Shown piece by piece: positions 49,096 to 58,416 of a DNA stretch of 64,000 nucleotides. The notes below the pieces were generated by a model that was given only the letters and a program-made list of their open reading frames with translations, ran no database searches and was not told the DNA's origin. The stretch covers positions 1,449,994-1,513,993 of the forward strand of contig JBFXEV010000001.1 in NCBI GenBank assembly GCA_050179755.1, in the 5' to 3' direction. Every line of letters begins with the position of its first letter. Position 1 is the first letter of the stretch. The stretch is from Candidatus Babeliales bacterium. Lineage in GTDB: Bacteria > Babelota > Babeliae > Babelales > JBFXEV01. The position numbers and the translations under genes were made by a program.

Positions 49096-49656
49096 ATGCT
49101 TACACACTCTATTACGTTACTGATTTTAATTCTGTCATCAGTGAATATGTCCTTAAAGGCAATGGAAACGACTCCAGGGACTGGTAAATTAATTTTACAA
49201 AGTGGTAACTATCAAACGACTCTGAAAGCTAATGCTTTTAAACCCAATTATTTAATTATTCCAAAAGTCACTTCTAGTATTACTGAAGAAGATGGCTATA
49301 AGAGCAGTGTCGTACAAACCATTACAACCTTGCAAATAACACAAGTTAGTCATGCTAACGCTGATAATCCAACTGATATAACATCAAATTTCAGTGAATT
49401 TCCTGTACTTGATATTGGTCCTCTTGAAACTGTCATAAAAGCCGAATTATACAAAAAGTGGGAGGCACAAAAGAAACTTGATGATCATGCGGCTAAAGTT
49501 GCACAAGGACAAGCCATTCATGCTGCACGAAAAGAAGATAGTGAAAAACTATCAATAACACAACGCAATCCCAAAACAACTATTTTTGTTTCTCTTGCAC
49601 TTGGTGCGAGTCTAACATTGTTGTTGTCTCAATGGATTAATAAAGCAGAACTATGA
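49096..49656 (+). CDS. Hypothetical secreted protein with C-terminal TM helix
   Basis: Signal peptide LKA/MET; C-terminal IFVSLALGASLTLLLSQW. Confidence 0.6.
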   Translation: MLTHSITLLILILSSVNMSLKAMETTPGTGKLILQSGNYQTTLKANAFKPNYLIIPKVTSSITEEDGYKSSVVQTITTLQITQVSHANADNPTDITSNFSEFPVLDIGPLETVIKAELYKKWEAQKKLDDHAAKVAQGQAIHAARKEDSEKLSITQRNPKTTIFVSLALGASLTLLLSQWINKAEL

Positions 49657-50808
49657 CACTGCTTTAATAACTTCTTGCAAACTCACCAAGCCCATTGAAA
49701 CTTTATGCATGCCATCGCTCACCATGGGGCGCATGCCATCTTTACATGCTTGATCATATAACGTATCACGTATGGCACGTTGCATTAAAAGCTCCCGCAT
49801 GGCATTAGACATTTCAAGTAATTCAAAAATACCGGTTCGCCCTTTATGCCCTAAGCCATGGCACTCTTTGCAGCCAACGCCACGATACAGCATATCGCAC
49901 GAAAGATGTAATTTTTCAAGCATGCGGTGCTCATGAGTATCGGGAGCATAACTTTCTTTGCAGTGCTCACAAATTTTTCTTACTAATCGTTGTGCCATAA
50001 TCCCGCTCACGGCAGCATTGAGTAAAAACGGTTCAATACCCATATCAACAAGGCGCGTGAGCGCGCCAGGTGCATGAGCAGTATGCAATGTGCTAAACAT
50101 CATATGTCCTGCAAGCGCTGCTTCAATTGCCACTTGCGCAGTTTGTGCATCACGAATTTCACCCACCATAACAATATCAGGGTCTTGGCGTAAAATAGCA
50201 CGCACGCCTTTTTCAAACGTAAACCCGGCCTCGGGGTGAATATTTCCTTGCACTAAACCTTCAATTTGATATTCAACCGGATCCTCAAGTGTTACAATAT
50301 GTTGTTCAGTATTATTGAGTGTTGCAAGCGCTGCATATAACGTGCTTGTTTTGCCAGAGCCTGTAGGGCCAGTTACCAGAATGAAACCACTGGCGCGTTG
50401 AATAAGATCGTTAAATTTTTCAAATAATTGTGGCGACATGCCAAGTTGATCAAATGTATGAAACTGATTATTGCGCTGAAGTAACCGCAAGACCACTTTT
50501 TCGCCTTCTATAGAAGGGAATGTAGAAACACGCACATCAAGAGGCGGATGACCTGCCACTTGTATGGTAAATTTGCCATCTTGAGGAATTCGTTTTTGCG
50601 CAATGTTAATATGGGCTAAAATTTTAAGACGAGTGATCAAAGAATCTGCAAGATTTTCGGGAATATAGGTATGATGATATAAAAGCCCATCAATGCGAAA
50701 TCGCACGCGCAGTCCACGAGCATCTGGCTCAATATGAATGTCTGACGCGTTTTTCTCAAGTGCTTGTGCAATAATGGTATCTACTAATGTGACTGCCGAA
50801 TGACTCAT
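49651..50808 (-). CDS. GspE/PilB family secretion or pilus ATPase (ATPase part only)
   Basis: ASDIHIEP, RIPQDG, GPTGSGKT, LRQDPD..MVGEIRD, STLH, tetracysteine motif. Confidence 0.92.
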   Translation of the reverse strand: MSHSAVTLVDTIIAQALEKNASDIHIEPDARGLRVRFRIDGLLYHHTYIPENLADSLITRLKILAHINIAQKRIPQDGKFTIQVAGHPPLDVRVSTFPSIEGEKVVLRLLQRNNQFHTFDQLGMSPQLFEKFNDLIQRASGFILVTGPTGSGKTSTLYAALATLNNTEQHIVTLEDPVEYQIEGLVQGNIHPEAGFTFEKGVRAILRQDPDIVMVGEIRDAQTAQVAIEAALAGHMMFSTLHTAHAPGALTRLVDMGIEPFLLNAAVSGIMAQRLVRKICEHCKESYAPDTHEHRMLEKLHLSCDMLYRGVGCKECHGLGHKGRTGIFELLEMSNAMRELLMQRAIRDTLYDQACKDGMRPMVSDGMHKVSMGLVSLQEVIKAVS

Positions 50809-50867
50809 GAGCTATTCTCCTACTTACACCTAAGTAGTAGCATAATCATGAAATGAAAAAAAAGAGT

Positions 50868-51428
50868 TTATGAGTTTTCATCTTTATTTGTTTTATAGAA
50901 GTTAGGCTCTTGTTCATGTTCCTGGCCATATTCCTCTTCGGGAGTTTCTTCCGGTTCATTAGGATCACGAACATCTGCAGGCGATTTATCATAAAACTCT
51001 GATATTGCATCGGTAATATCTTGGTCAAGGCCAACATTAAACACAATATCATAAGAAACATACTCACCAATGCGCGGTAGCAACTCAGGATCTTGCGGAT
51101 TACCTGCAATCATAAGCATAATATTATCATCATGCTCAAGAGGAATAATCACATTTCTGTGCAAGAAATCTTTAGGGAACATATGCAAAGCTTGATGATC
51201 AAAAAAATGACCTAATACGTCAAATGATGGCACATTATAATAGGTGCTTAATGCATTTAATAAATCAGTACGAGAAACAAGGCCTTCATCAAGCAAAAAT
51301 TGATCAAAATTTGCTTTGCCACTTTCTTTAAACCCTTTTACAAGAGCTTGTGCTTCATCTTCTTTAATAACATTATGCAACATAAGGATTCGTGTTAATC
51401 CTTCTACAAATGTTTCTCCTTGTTTCAT
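50868..51428 (-). CDS. Stand-alone GspE/PilB N-terminal domain protein
   Basis: FLLDEGLVSRTDLLNALSTYYNVP...FPKDF...IIPL...AGNPQD resembles the N-terminus of PilB/GspE; acidic tail. Confidence 0.75.
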   Translation of the reverse strand: MKQGETFVEGLTRILMLHNVIKEDEAQALVKGFKESGKANFDQFLLDEGLVSRTDLLNALSTYYNVPSFDVLGHFFDHQALHMFPKDFLHRNVIIPLEHDDNIMLMIAGNPQDPELLPRIGEYVSYDIVFNVGLDQDITDAISEFYDKSPADVRDPNEPEETPEEEYGQEHEQEPNFYKTNKDENS

Positions 51429-51442
51429 GGCGCTTCCTTTTT

Positions 51443-51841
51443 TTAACCTATTTTAGAACCAAGCCATACACCTAGAATACCGGCAATTACTTGGGCTACA
51501 TGTTCTTTAACCCATGCACCAAACATTTCAAAAACATTACCAACGGTATCATGAGTTGAAAACCCAAATAATTGTTTGAAATTATCAGTATGAACGGTTA
51601 CTAAATCAAAATATGATAATATGCTTAAGGCTACCACGCTAATAAGCACAGCATAAATAAATTGCCTACCAATACGCTTATATAAAAAACCAGTGATCAA
51701 GCCAATGCCAAAAAAAAGTAAGGTTTGACCAAGAGTATCTACTGAAATATTTAATTTTTGTGCAAGTTCATCAAGATGTAATATATCTTTAAGTGATTCT
51801 AACCAACCTTTTACAGTAGATTGTGTTTCTGGTGACACCAT
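51443..51841 (-). CDS. Small membrane protein (FUN14-like)
   Basis: FGIGLITGFLYKRIG..., C-terminal GILGVWLG pattern. Confidence 0.55.
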   Translation of the reverse strand: MVSPETQSTVKGWLESLKDILHLDELAQKLNISVDTLGQTLLFFGIGLITGFLYKRIGRQFIYAVLISVVALSILSYFDLVTVHTDNFKQLFGFSTHDTVGNVFEMFGAWVKEHVAQVIAGILGVWLGSKIG

Positions 51842-51978
51842 GCTCTCTTCCCTTTCCGCCTTTGCACCTAAAAGTGTTATGACGTAATTTTAAAATTGAT
51901 TTAATATTCCATCTTCTTACTTATAAGTATACCGAATCAAGCAGAGAAAAGGCAATATTACAGGTGTGACTCTCTAAA

Positions 51979-52010
51979 TAGAAAGAGGTCCACTACGGGA
52001 CCTCTTTCTA
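51979..52010 (-). terminator. Intrinsic terminator downstream of the HU gene
   Basis: TAGAAAGAGGTCC...GGACCTCTTTCTA 13-bp stem. Confidence 0.8.
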
Positions 52011-52028
52011 ATAGCTTTAGAAGCTTTC

Positions 52029-52301
52029 TTAGGCAACTAATTCGCGAAGTGCTTTACCAGGTTTAAACTTAGGAACCTTTTTAGCAGCGATTTGCATTTT
52101 TTTGCCAGTAGCTGGGTTTACACCAGTACGAGCTTTGCGTTTCATTACTGAAAAAGTACCAAAGCCAGTTAACACAACTTGCTTATTTTTTTTCATAGCA
52201 TCGCCAACTACATCCATAAACGCTTCAAGCACACGCTTGCAAGTCGCTTTTGATTCTTTTGTTGATTTTGCCATTTGTTCTACTAAGATCGATTTGTTCA
52301 T
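52029..52301 (-). CDS. hup: HU family DNA-binding protein
   Basis: MNKS.L, GFGTF, ARTGVNPATG, VPKFKPGKAL. Confidence 0.95.
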   Translation of the reverse strand: MNKSILVEQMAKSTKESKATCKRVLEAFMDVVGDAMKKNKQVVLTGFGTFSVMKRKARTGVNPATGKKMQIAAKKVPKFKPGKALRELVA

Positions 52302-52553
52302 GGGTTATCCTTCATTAAGTCCTTCAAATTACTCACCCAAACCAAACCTGCTAATAAAACCCGTACTATAGGTAACACTAGATTTTTCTGAATTTTTGTC
52401 AAGCATTTTCTTGGACGATAATTATTGTTATTTTCAATTTCTGTGTAATCAATATACTCAAAAAGAAGCTGACAATCAACTATACCGTACAGAAAAATAT
52501 TTTTAGACTTACAAAAAAATATTTTAAAATATTTTTATTTTTTTTTACTTTGT

Positions 52554-53822
52554 TCACAATTTTATTATAAGCAACTCATCCCACTTAGTGGTAAATGACG
52601 GAGATTTATGTGCTCGTTTTGAGCACCATTCTTTTGTGCTCCCTTGCGCTGCAAACCCAACCGTGCCAGATCCCCATTTATGATTAAGCAAATCAATTTC
52701 TTGCATAATCACACGTTGCTTATCTTGTTGTTCTTGCGAAAGAAACGCATGAATTTGTTCTTGATCTTCAGGAAGTAATTCTGTTGCAATAATACCAGCT
52801 CGTTTATATGAATAACCAGCATAAAAAATTTCTTCTAGCGCCGAGCTTGCAGCAGTAATAATATCTGGCGTATAGGAAGTTGGTTTTAAAAGTTCTATTG
52901 CTCTACTATTATAATATTTATATTCAGTATGATAGCTTGTCATAATAAATACGTAGAGTGAACAGGCAAGCATTTTTTCTTCTCGCAATTTACGCGCTAA
53001 CTGCACGGCATAATTTGCAATCGCTTCTTTTAATTCTTGAAGCTCCGTTACTTTTTTACCAAATGAACGCGTATGCGCAATTGATTGCTTATCTTGTGGT
53101 TGTGTGACAATACTCAAGCATGGAATTCCACGCAGTTCATGCACGGTACGCAAGCCCACAATAGTCATATTCTTTTTAATCCAAGCATCTTGTGCATATT
53201 TTAATTGCCGCGCACTTGTAATGCGGTACCGTTTTAATTTTTTTGTATATTGCCTACCAACGCCCCAGATATCTTCAACTTTAAATTGCTCCAAAATTTC
53301 ATCTATATTTGGTGCACGCGTAATATCAAATACGCCTTTATGCTGAATTTGCTTTTTGGCAATGTGATTTGCTACTTTTGCAAGTGTTTTAGTTGGCGCA
53401 ATACCAATAGAAATAGGAATACCCGTACATTGCAAAACACGCTTGCGCAACAGCCTTCCAAGCTCTAAAGGATCACAAGCCATGCTATCAAAACGTAAAA
53501 ATGCTTCATCAATAGAATATACTTCAATTTCTGGCACATGCTCATGGAGCACGCTCATAACACGCGCTGACATATCGCCATATAAATTAAAGTTAGATGA
53601 GAACACGCGAATGTTATGGCGCTTAATTAACGCTTCACATTTAAACACAGGAATGCCCATGGCAATACCAAGATCTTTTACTTCTTGAGAGCGTGCCACC
53701 ACACAACCATCATTATTAGAGAGCACCATTACCGGCACGCCACGCAGCCTAGGATTAAAAACACGCTCACATGAAACAAAGAAATTATTACAATCAATAA
53801 GCGCAAAAAGTTTATTGGTCAT
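52554..53822 (-). CDS. umuC: Y-family DNA polymerase V catalytic subunit
   Basis: DCNNFFVSCE, LSNNDGCVVARS, YSIDEAF, SPSFTTKWDEL; ATGA-coupled to umuD. Confidence 0.93.
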   Translation of the reverse strand: MTNKLFALIDCNNFFVSCERVFNPRLRGVPVMVLSNNDGCVVARSQEVKDLGIAMGIPVFKCEALIKRHNIRVFSSNFNLYGDMSARVMSVLHEHVPEIEVYSIDEAFLRFDSMACDPLELGRLLRKRVLQCTGIPISIGIAPTKTLAKVANHIAKKQIQHKGVFDITRAPNIDEILEQFKVEDIWGVGRQYTKKLKRYRITSARQLKYAQDAWIKKNMTIVGLRTVHELRGIPCLSIVTQPQDKQSIAHTRSFGKKVTELQELKEAIANYAVQLARKLREEKMLACSLYVFIMTSYHTEYKYYNSRAIELLKPTSYTPDIITAASSALEEIFYAGYSYKRAGIIATELLPEDQEQIHAFLSQEQQDKQRVIMQEIDLLNHKWGSGTVGFAAQGSTKEWCSKRAHKSPSFTTKWDELLIIKL

Positions 53823-54310
53823 GAAACAGAATGAATTGCATGCGTCACTACGCCCCAAATTTCAAAATCCATGTCTTCTGTAATTTTGATAGGCGCAAAT
53901 GATGCATTTTCAGAAACTAAATATAAAGAACCTAAACGATTTTTTACACGCTTAACCGTAAATTCTCCATTAATTGCAGCAACCACAATGCTGCCATCTT
54001 TTGGTTCAAGCGCACGATCTACAATAAGCAAATCACCAGAATTAATACCGGCATCTACCATAGAAGTTCCTTCAACACGCACAAAATACGTTGCAGCAGG
54101 ATGCTTAATCAAATATTCATTTAAATCGAGTGATTTGCCAGGATTTTCATGCGCAAGCGATGGAAACCCAGCAGGAACTTTTTCTTGCAAAAGTGGCACC
54201 TTTATATGTGTGTGTGGCGCGAATGCATAAAAAGTCAGTGTGCTCTCTTTTTGTTGGAGCGTTTTAATAATGCTAAATTTGTTATGAGTTTTATTGTGTG
54301 AATGTTCCAT
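53819..54310 (-). CDS. umuD: DNA polymerase V accessory subunit (S24 peptidase)
   Basis: VPAGFPS cleavage site, VEGTSM, FTVKR, IWGVVT. Confidence 0.93.
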   Translation of the reverse strand: MEHSHNKTHNKFSIIKTLQQKESTLTFYAFAPHTHIKVPLLQEKVPAGFPSLAHENPGKSLDLNEYLIKHPAATYFVRVEGTSMVDAGINSGDLLIVDRALEPKDGSIVVAAINGEFTVKRVKNRLGSLYLVSENASFAPIKITEDMDFEIWGVVTHAIHSVS

Positions 54311-54380
54311 GAGTATTCCGCCTACACTAAATTAATTTATTTATAGTCTACCAGAATTTTATGCAAAACTTAAACAAATA

Positions 54381-55460
54381 TTAATTTACTAAATAACGCA
54401 TCACATCTTTTGCCGCTTTCATGCCATCACCTGCAGCAATAGCGCCCTCTGCATATAAAGCACTAGTGATATCGCCTGCTGCAAAAACGCCTGGTCGGCT
54501 TGTTTGCTGTGAATGATTTTTGAGCATAATATAACCATCGGCATCAAGATCTAATTGTATTTTAAATAATTCAGTATTGGGCACCCTGCCAATACCAACA
54601 GCCACACAATCAGCAGATATAATGTCACCTGTTGATAAGCGTACCCCCGTAAGCTTGCTGCCATCTCCAATAAATTCAGCAACTTCGCTGTTAAATAAAA
54701 TGGTAAGTTTTCCTTGAGCACTATAATCATCTAATAATTTCGCACGATCTTTGCCACCATACAGTGAAAACCATTTTAATACAATACCTTCGCCAAGACG
54801 ATTGCCTCGTACCACCAGAACAACCCGCGCACCAGCATTTAAACGGAACACTGCCTTACGTAACGCATCAACACCGCCACCAATAACCACGCACGTGCCA
54901 CTTTTTTGTGCACTATCAGGCTTTTGATCATATGAAATAAATGACGCATACTCTTGAGCCCCTGGAACAGTAAGCCAACGTAAACGAGTTCCCATTGCAA
55001 TCACAACTGTTTGTGCCTGAATAGTTTCACCATTATCCAAATGCAAAATATGTATTGGCCCAGAAAAATCAAATGAATCTACTGAACGCGCAATAAACCT
55101 TACTTCTTTATGTGCAGCCACTTCTGCACGTAAGTCAGATAGAATAAGCGTACCAGAAGTGGTCGAAAGACCAGGCCAATTAGCAACTGGGGTAAAGATA
55201 TTCAATGCTCCGCCTGCTTGTTTGCCCTCAAGCACAACAACGGGAATATCTTCTTCTAAAATTGTTTTTGCTGCAGCTAGCCCTGCAGAACCTGAACCTA
55301 TTATTACTACAGGATGTACTTTTTGGGAACTTACTGAGAGTTCAGCCGACGGAGTCATTTGTGTACGTACAGTGCGTCGGATCAATTGAACCGCTGTAAC
55401 AAATCCTAAGATTGCAAAAATGCAAAATATGCCTTTTAATAGTGCACGAATGTATCTCAC
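54381..55460 (-). CDS. Thioredoxin-reductase-like flavoprotein lacking CxxC, with N-terminal TM
   Basis: IIGSGSAGLAAA, NWPG, VIGGG, TSRPGVFAAGD; CxxC position reads SYDQKPD. Confidence 0.75.
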   Translation of the reverse strand: MRYIRALLKGIFCIFAILGFVTAVQLIRRTVRTQMTPSAELSVSSQKVHPVVIIGSGSAGLAAAKTILEEDIPVVVLEGKQAGGALNIFTPVANWPGLSTTSGTLILSDLRAEVAAHKEVRFIARSVDSFDFSGPIHILHLDNGETIQAQTVVIAMGTRLRWLTVPGAQEYASFISYDQKPDSAQKSGTCVVIGGGVDALRKAVFRLNAGARVVLVVRGNRLGEGIVLKWFSLYGGKDRAKLLDDYSAQGKLTILFNSEVAEFIGDGSKLTGVRLSTGDIISADCVAVGIGRVPNTELFKIQLDLDADGYIMLKNHSQQTSRPGVFAAGDITSALYAEGAIAAGDGMKAAKDVMRYLVN

Positions 55461-55600
55461 ACTTTCCTTTAAGTGATTTTGGAGTATTAAATTTAATTAA
55501 GCGTTAAACATGGTATTTAGTGTAACAAAATATGAAGAGAAACTCGAATGGGAAGGGAAGTGACTGGCTTGCCAGAATTTGCGACGTAGGAGCAAAGACT

Positions 55601-55745
55601 GCCCTCCTACGCTAATCCAGGCTCACTAAACGTTCGCTTGGCTAGCTCCGAAGCGCAACCTGCGCTTTCGTGTAGTAATTTTCTTTCCTAATAATGAAAA
55701 ATTCCGTGAAGAAGATGGCCTGCCAACCGGAGCTTTAGCGCAGGT
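55601..55745. repeat. tRNA-3'-associated repeat (family C), copy 1
   Basis: CCTACGCTAATCCAGGCTCACT..CGTTCGCTTGGCTAGCTCCGA and TGGCCTGCCAACCGGAGC..GCGCAGGT blocks duplicated at 55905-56050. Confidence 0.8.
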
Positions 55746-55832
55746 TGGTGCCGAGGGCCGGACTCGAACCGGCACGGGGAAAACCCCGAAGGATTTTAAG
55801 TCCTTTGCGTCTACCTATTTCGCCACCTCGGC
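55746..55832 (-). tRNA. tRNA-Leu (anticodon TAA)
   Basis: Reverse complement GCCGAGG...GGACTTAAAATCC...GGTTCGAGTCC...CTCGGCACCA; long variable arm, encoded CCA. Confidence 0.95.
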
Positions 55833-55904
55833 AGAGATGATGCGCCCTTTTTGAGAGAAAGAGCGGGTATGAAAATTTCGATTTTTATATTTGACTTGCT
55901 TGCG

Positions 55905-56050
55905 GCCCGCCTACGCTAATCCAGGCTCACTACGTTCGCTTGGCTAGCTCCGACACGCAACCCGCACCTTACCGTGAAGGTAAACAACCATAATTATTAA
56001 GGATATTTCCTTAAAGAGGCTGGCCTGCCAACCGGAGCCTTGGCGCAGGT
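55905..56050. repeat. tRNA-3'-associated repeat (family C), copy 2
   Basis: Same two blocks as 55601-55745, abutting the tRNA-Cys CCA end. Confidence 0.8.
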
Positions 56051-56124
56051 TGGAGGCGGCACCCGGATTTGAACCGGGGGTCAAGGATTTGCAGTCCCAT
56101 GCCTTACCACTTGGCTATGCCGCC
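56051..56124 (-). tRNA. tRNA-Cys (anticodon GCA)
   Basis: Reverse complement GGCGGCATAGCCAAGTGGTAAGGC..GACTGCAAATC..GGTTCAAATCC..GCCGCCTCCA. Confidence 0.95.
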
Positions 56125-56145
56125 CTCTTATTAAGCACTATATTA

Positions 56146-56649
56146 CTATTTTGTTGCAGATTCGGCAATCTTTTTTTGCAAATCGTCAAAAGAAATTATG
56201 ATATCTGCATCATGAGCCATTCTTTCTGCATATCCTTCGGGAACTTCAAAGTTCTTCAGAAAGCCTGATTCACATTTGCCTACTATAGGAGCACCCTTAT
56301 GTTGCCATTCTGCAGTGCCGCCCTCATATGCCCACACATTCTTATAACCACGGTCTTTTAATTGGCGAGCTCCTGCTCCAGAAGAGGTGCATGCATAATT
56401 GCCGCAATAAAGCACTATATGTGTTTTTTCTTTATCCCAATTTTTTTCTGCATACTCCATTAAGTTATCAAATGGCACGTTAATAGAACCTTTGATTGCG
56501 CAATCTTCATGGTATTTTGGTTCAAGCACGTTCACAATCACCAAACCTTCAGCGCGCTGTGTGGAGGCTCCATCTTTTTTCTCTGGACCAAAACATCCTG
56601 CTAATAAAACACCTAATGCACATGTTGCCACTACAATAAACTTATTCAT
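56146..56649 (-). CDS. Rhodanese-like lipoprotein
   Basis: Lipobox LAG-C; IKGSINVP, VLYCGNYAC, YEGGTAEW. Confidence 0.8.
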   Translation of the reverse strand: MNKFIVVATCALGVLLAGCFGPEKKDGASTQRAEGLVIVNVLEPKYHEDCAIKGSINVPFDNLMEYAEKNWDKEKTHIVLYCGNYACTSSGAGARQLKDRGYKNVWAYEGGTAEWQHKGAPIVGKCESGFLKNFEVPEGYAERMAHDADIIISFDDLQKKIAESATK

Positions 56650-56723
56650 TTTTACCCTAACACTCTACTATCCCTCAACTTACATTCCCCAGGAACTTCG
56701 ATCAGGATCAATTAAATTCTTTT

Positions 56724-57584
56724 CTATAAGGTTTGAAAAAACCGTGACCAACGTACTCTTTTCCAAAAATCAATGGGGTGTTTAATGAAATCCCAAAACC
56801 ACCATGATTCATAACTATCGAGAGACCATAGGCGAAAGATTATTTTTCCATGTATAAATGACGCATCAAGCGGTCCGTAAAAACGAGAATCGGCACTTCC
56901 TAATCTATTATCACCCATTACCCAATATTGCGTAGGCCCTAAATATACATCAAATTCATCTACTAATCGCTCTCCTATGCGTGCTTGCACAGGCGTTCCT
57001 GGCAATAAAATATTTGGTTTACCAATATGAGCAAATTTTTGTTTTGCATGTTGCACATCATTGGGATTCATGTGATAGAATGGTTGATCTTCAAATGAAA
57101 CTTTTGGATCATATGAACGCATACAATAACGATCACTATCAATACTGCTTGCCGCAGTATAAACTGCAATAAGTGGGTAGGGATTTATATATGGCTCATT
57201 CAATTTTTCACCATTTAAATAAATTACCGGACTGCCATCTTCAATAATACCTTGCACATGATCACCAGGCTTTCCGATAACACGTTTTGTCCAATTACTC
57301 GGGCCCCATACATAATGCTCAAACAAACGTATTACTGGGTTATTAGAATAGGTATGCTGCCAAGCATCATTAAATGTTATAATATCACCGCGCTCTGGGC
57401 CATAAAACCACATTGTCAATTTCTCAGCCAGAAATCGATCGCCAACAAGCATAGTTTTTTCCATGGAACCGGTTGGCACTTGATATAAGCCAAACAAAAA
57501 AGTTCGCACAAAAAAAATGAGCGGTACAAAAATAATAAGTGTTTTTATTAATTCATATATTTTATTTTTTAAATTTAGTAACAA
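56724..57584 (-). CDS. lepB: Signal peptidase I
   Basis: VPTGSM, TKRVIGKPGD, MGDNR..SADSRFYG. Confidence 0.93.
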   Translation of the reverse strand: MLLNLKNKIYELIKTLIIFVPLIFFVRTFLFGLYQVPTGSMEKTMLVGDRFLAEKLTMWFYGPERGDIITFNDAWQHTYSNNPVIRLFEHYVWGPSNWTKRVIGKPGDHVQGIIEDGSPVIYLNGEKLNEPYINPYPLIAVYTAASSIDSDRYCMRSYDPKVSFEDQPFYHMNPNDVQHAKQKFAHIGKPNILLPGTPVQARIGERLVDEFDVYLGPTQYWVMGDNRLGSADSRFYGPLDASFIHGKIIFRLWSLDSYESWWFWDFIKHPIDFWKRVRWSRFFQTL

Positions 57585-57602
57585 TCGCGTACTTCCTTAG
57601 TA

Positions 57603-58400
57603 TTATCCTAACACATAGAGTGGGTCCACATGCTTGCCGCTTGCCATAACCTCTAAATGTAAATGTGATGCATTTTTACCACGCACATGACCAGTAGACC
57701 CTACGCACCCAATGCAATCACCTGATTTTATCATTTGCCCACGCTTAACATACATCTTATCCAAATGTGCATATCGCGTGGTAATGCCATCTGCATGTGC
57801 AATCACAATAGATTTGCCATATCCTTTAGGAGAAAACGACGCTTCAATAATTTTGCCAGATGCCACTGCATGCACGGGCGTGCCTTTTAATGCTGCCAGA
57901 TCAAGGCCATAATGAAAACCTAATGAACCATTTTTCTTTTTGCGCGGGCCAAACGGTGAACTTATCCAAAATTGCGAACGATCAATCGGCCAGGCTGCTT
58001 TAAACTTTTGCGCAAGCGGATGATCTTTTTTACGCTGACGCCTTTTGGTTGGTGCGGTTGCCATGAGCGTTGGCGCAGTAACTTCTTCTTTTGGTTTTGG
58101 CGGCATAAACTGCTGCAAACACTCTTGGCAAAATAGCCCATCTTCAAATTCGCCTGCCATTTCTTTGCAAGCAGATTGCTCCATCTCTTCTTGCGCAAGA
58201 ATTCTAAAATAGTAATATGCGGCACAATGAGATTGATACTCAGATTTTATTTGATCCAACTGTTTTACTTCATTCAAGAAATAGTTATATGTCCTATACA
58301 ATTGTATGGTCATTATGAACATTGCACACACCAATGCAATTTGCATATAGTACATTAAATTTTTCACTGCACTCCTGCCAAATATACCATACGGTACCAA
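57603..58400 (-). CDS. M23 family peptidoglycan endopeptidase (start uncertain)
   Basis: HYGLD, YAHL, HLHLEV zinc motifs; N-terminal TM. Confidence 0.9.
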   Translation of the reverse strand: MVPYGIFGRSAVKNLMYYMQIALVCAMFIMTIQLYRTYNYFLNEVKQLDQIKSEYQSHCAAYYYFRILAQEEMEQSACKEMAGEFEDGLFCQECLQQFMPPKPKEEVTAPTLMATAPTKRRQRKKDHPLAQKFKAAWPIDRSQFWISSPFGPRKKKNGSLGFHYGLDLAALKGTPVHAVASGKIIEASFSPKGYGKSIVIAHADGITTRYAHLDKMYVKRGQMIKSGDCIGCVGSTGHVRGKNASHLHLEVMASGKHVDPLYVLG

Positions 58401-58416
58401 TTATCACATTAATTAA

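Noticed and set aside
49640..49656. C-terminal KAEL resembling a KDEL ER-retention signal
   Set aside because: Imperfect four-residue match overlapping the convergent gene's end; chance is likely.
52554..54380. umuDC as marker of a prophage or ICE; SOS box upstream
   Set aside because: No integrase, phage or conjugation genes nearby and no recognisable LexA palindrome.
55560..56050. Possible CRISPR array (repeated blocks with variable middles)
   Set aside because: Only two copies, irregular spacing, tied to tRNA ends, no cas genes.
56050..56268. 72-aa ORF MEAAPGFEPG...
   Set aside because: Antisense translation of tRNA-Cys.
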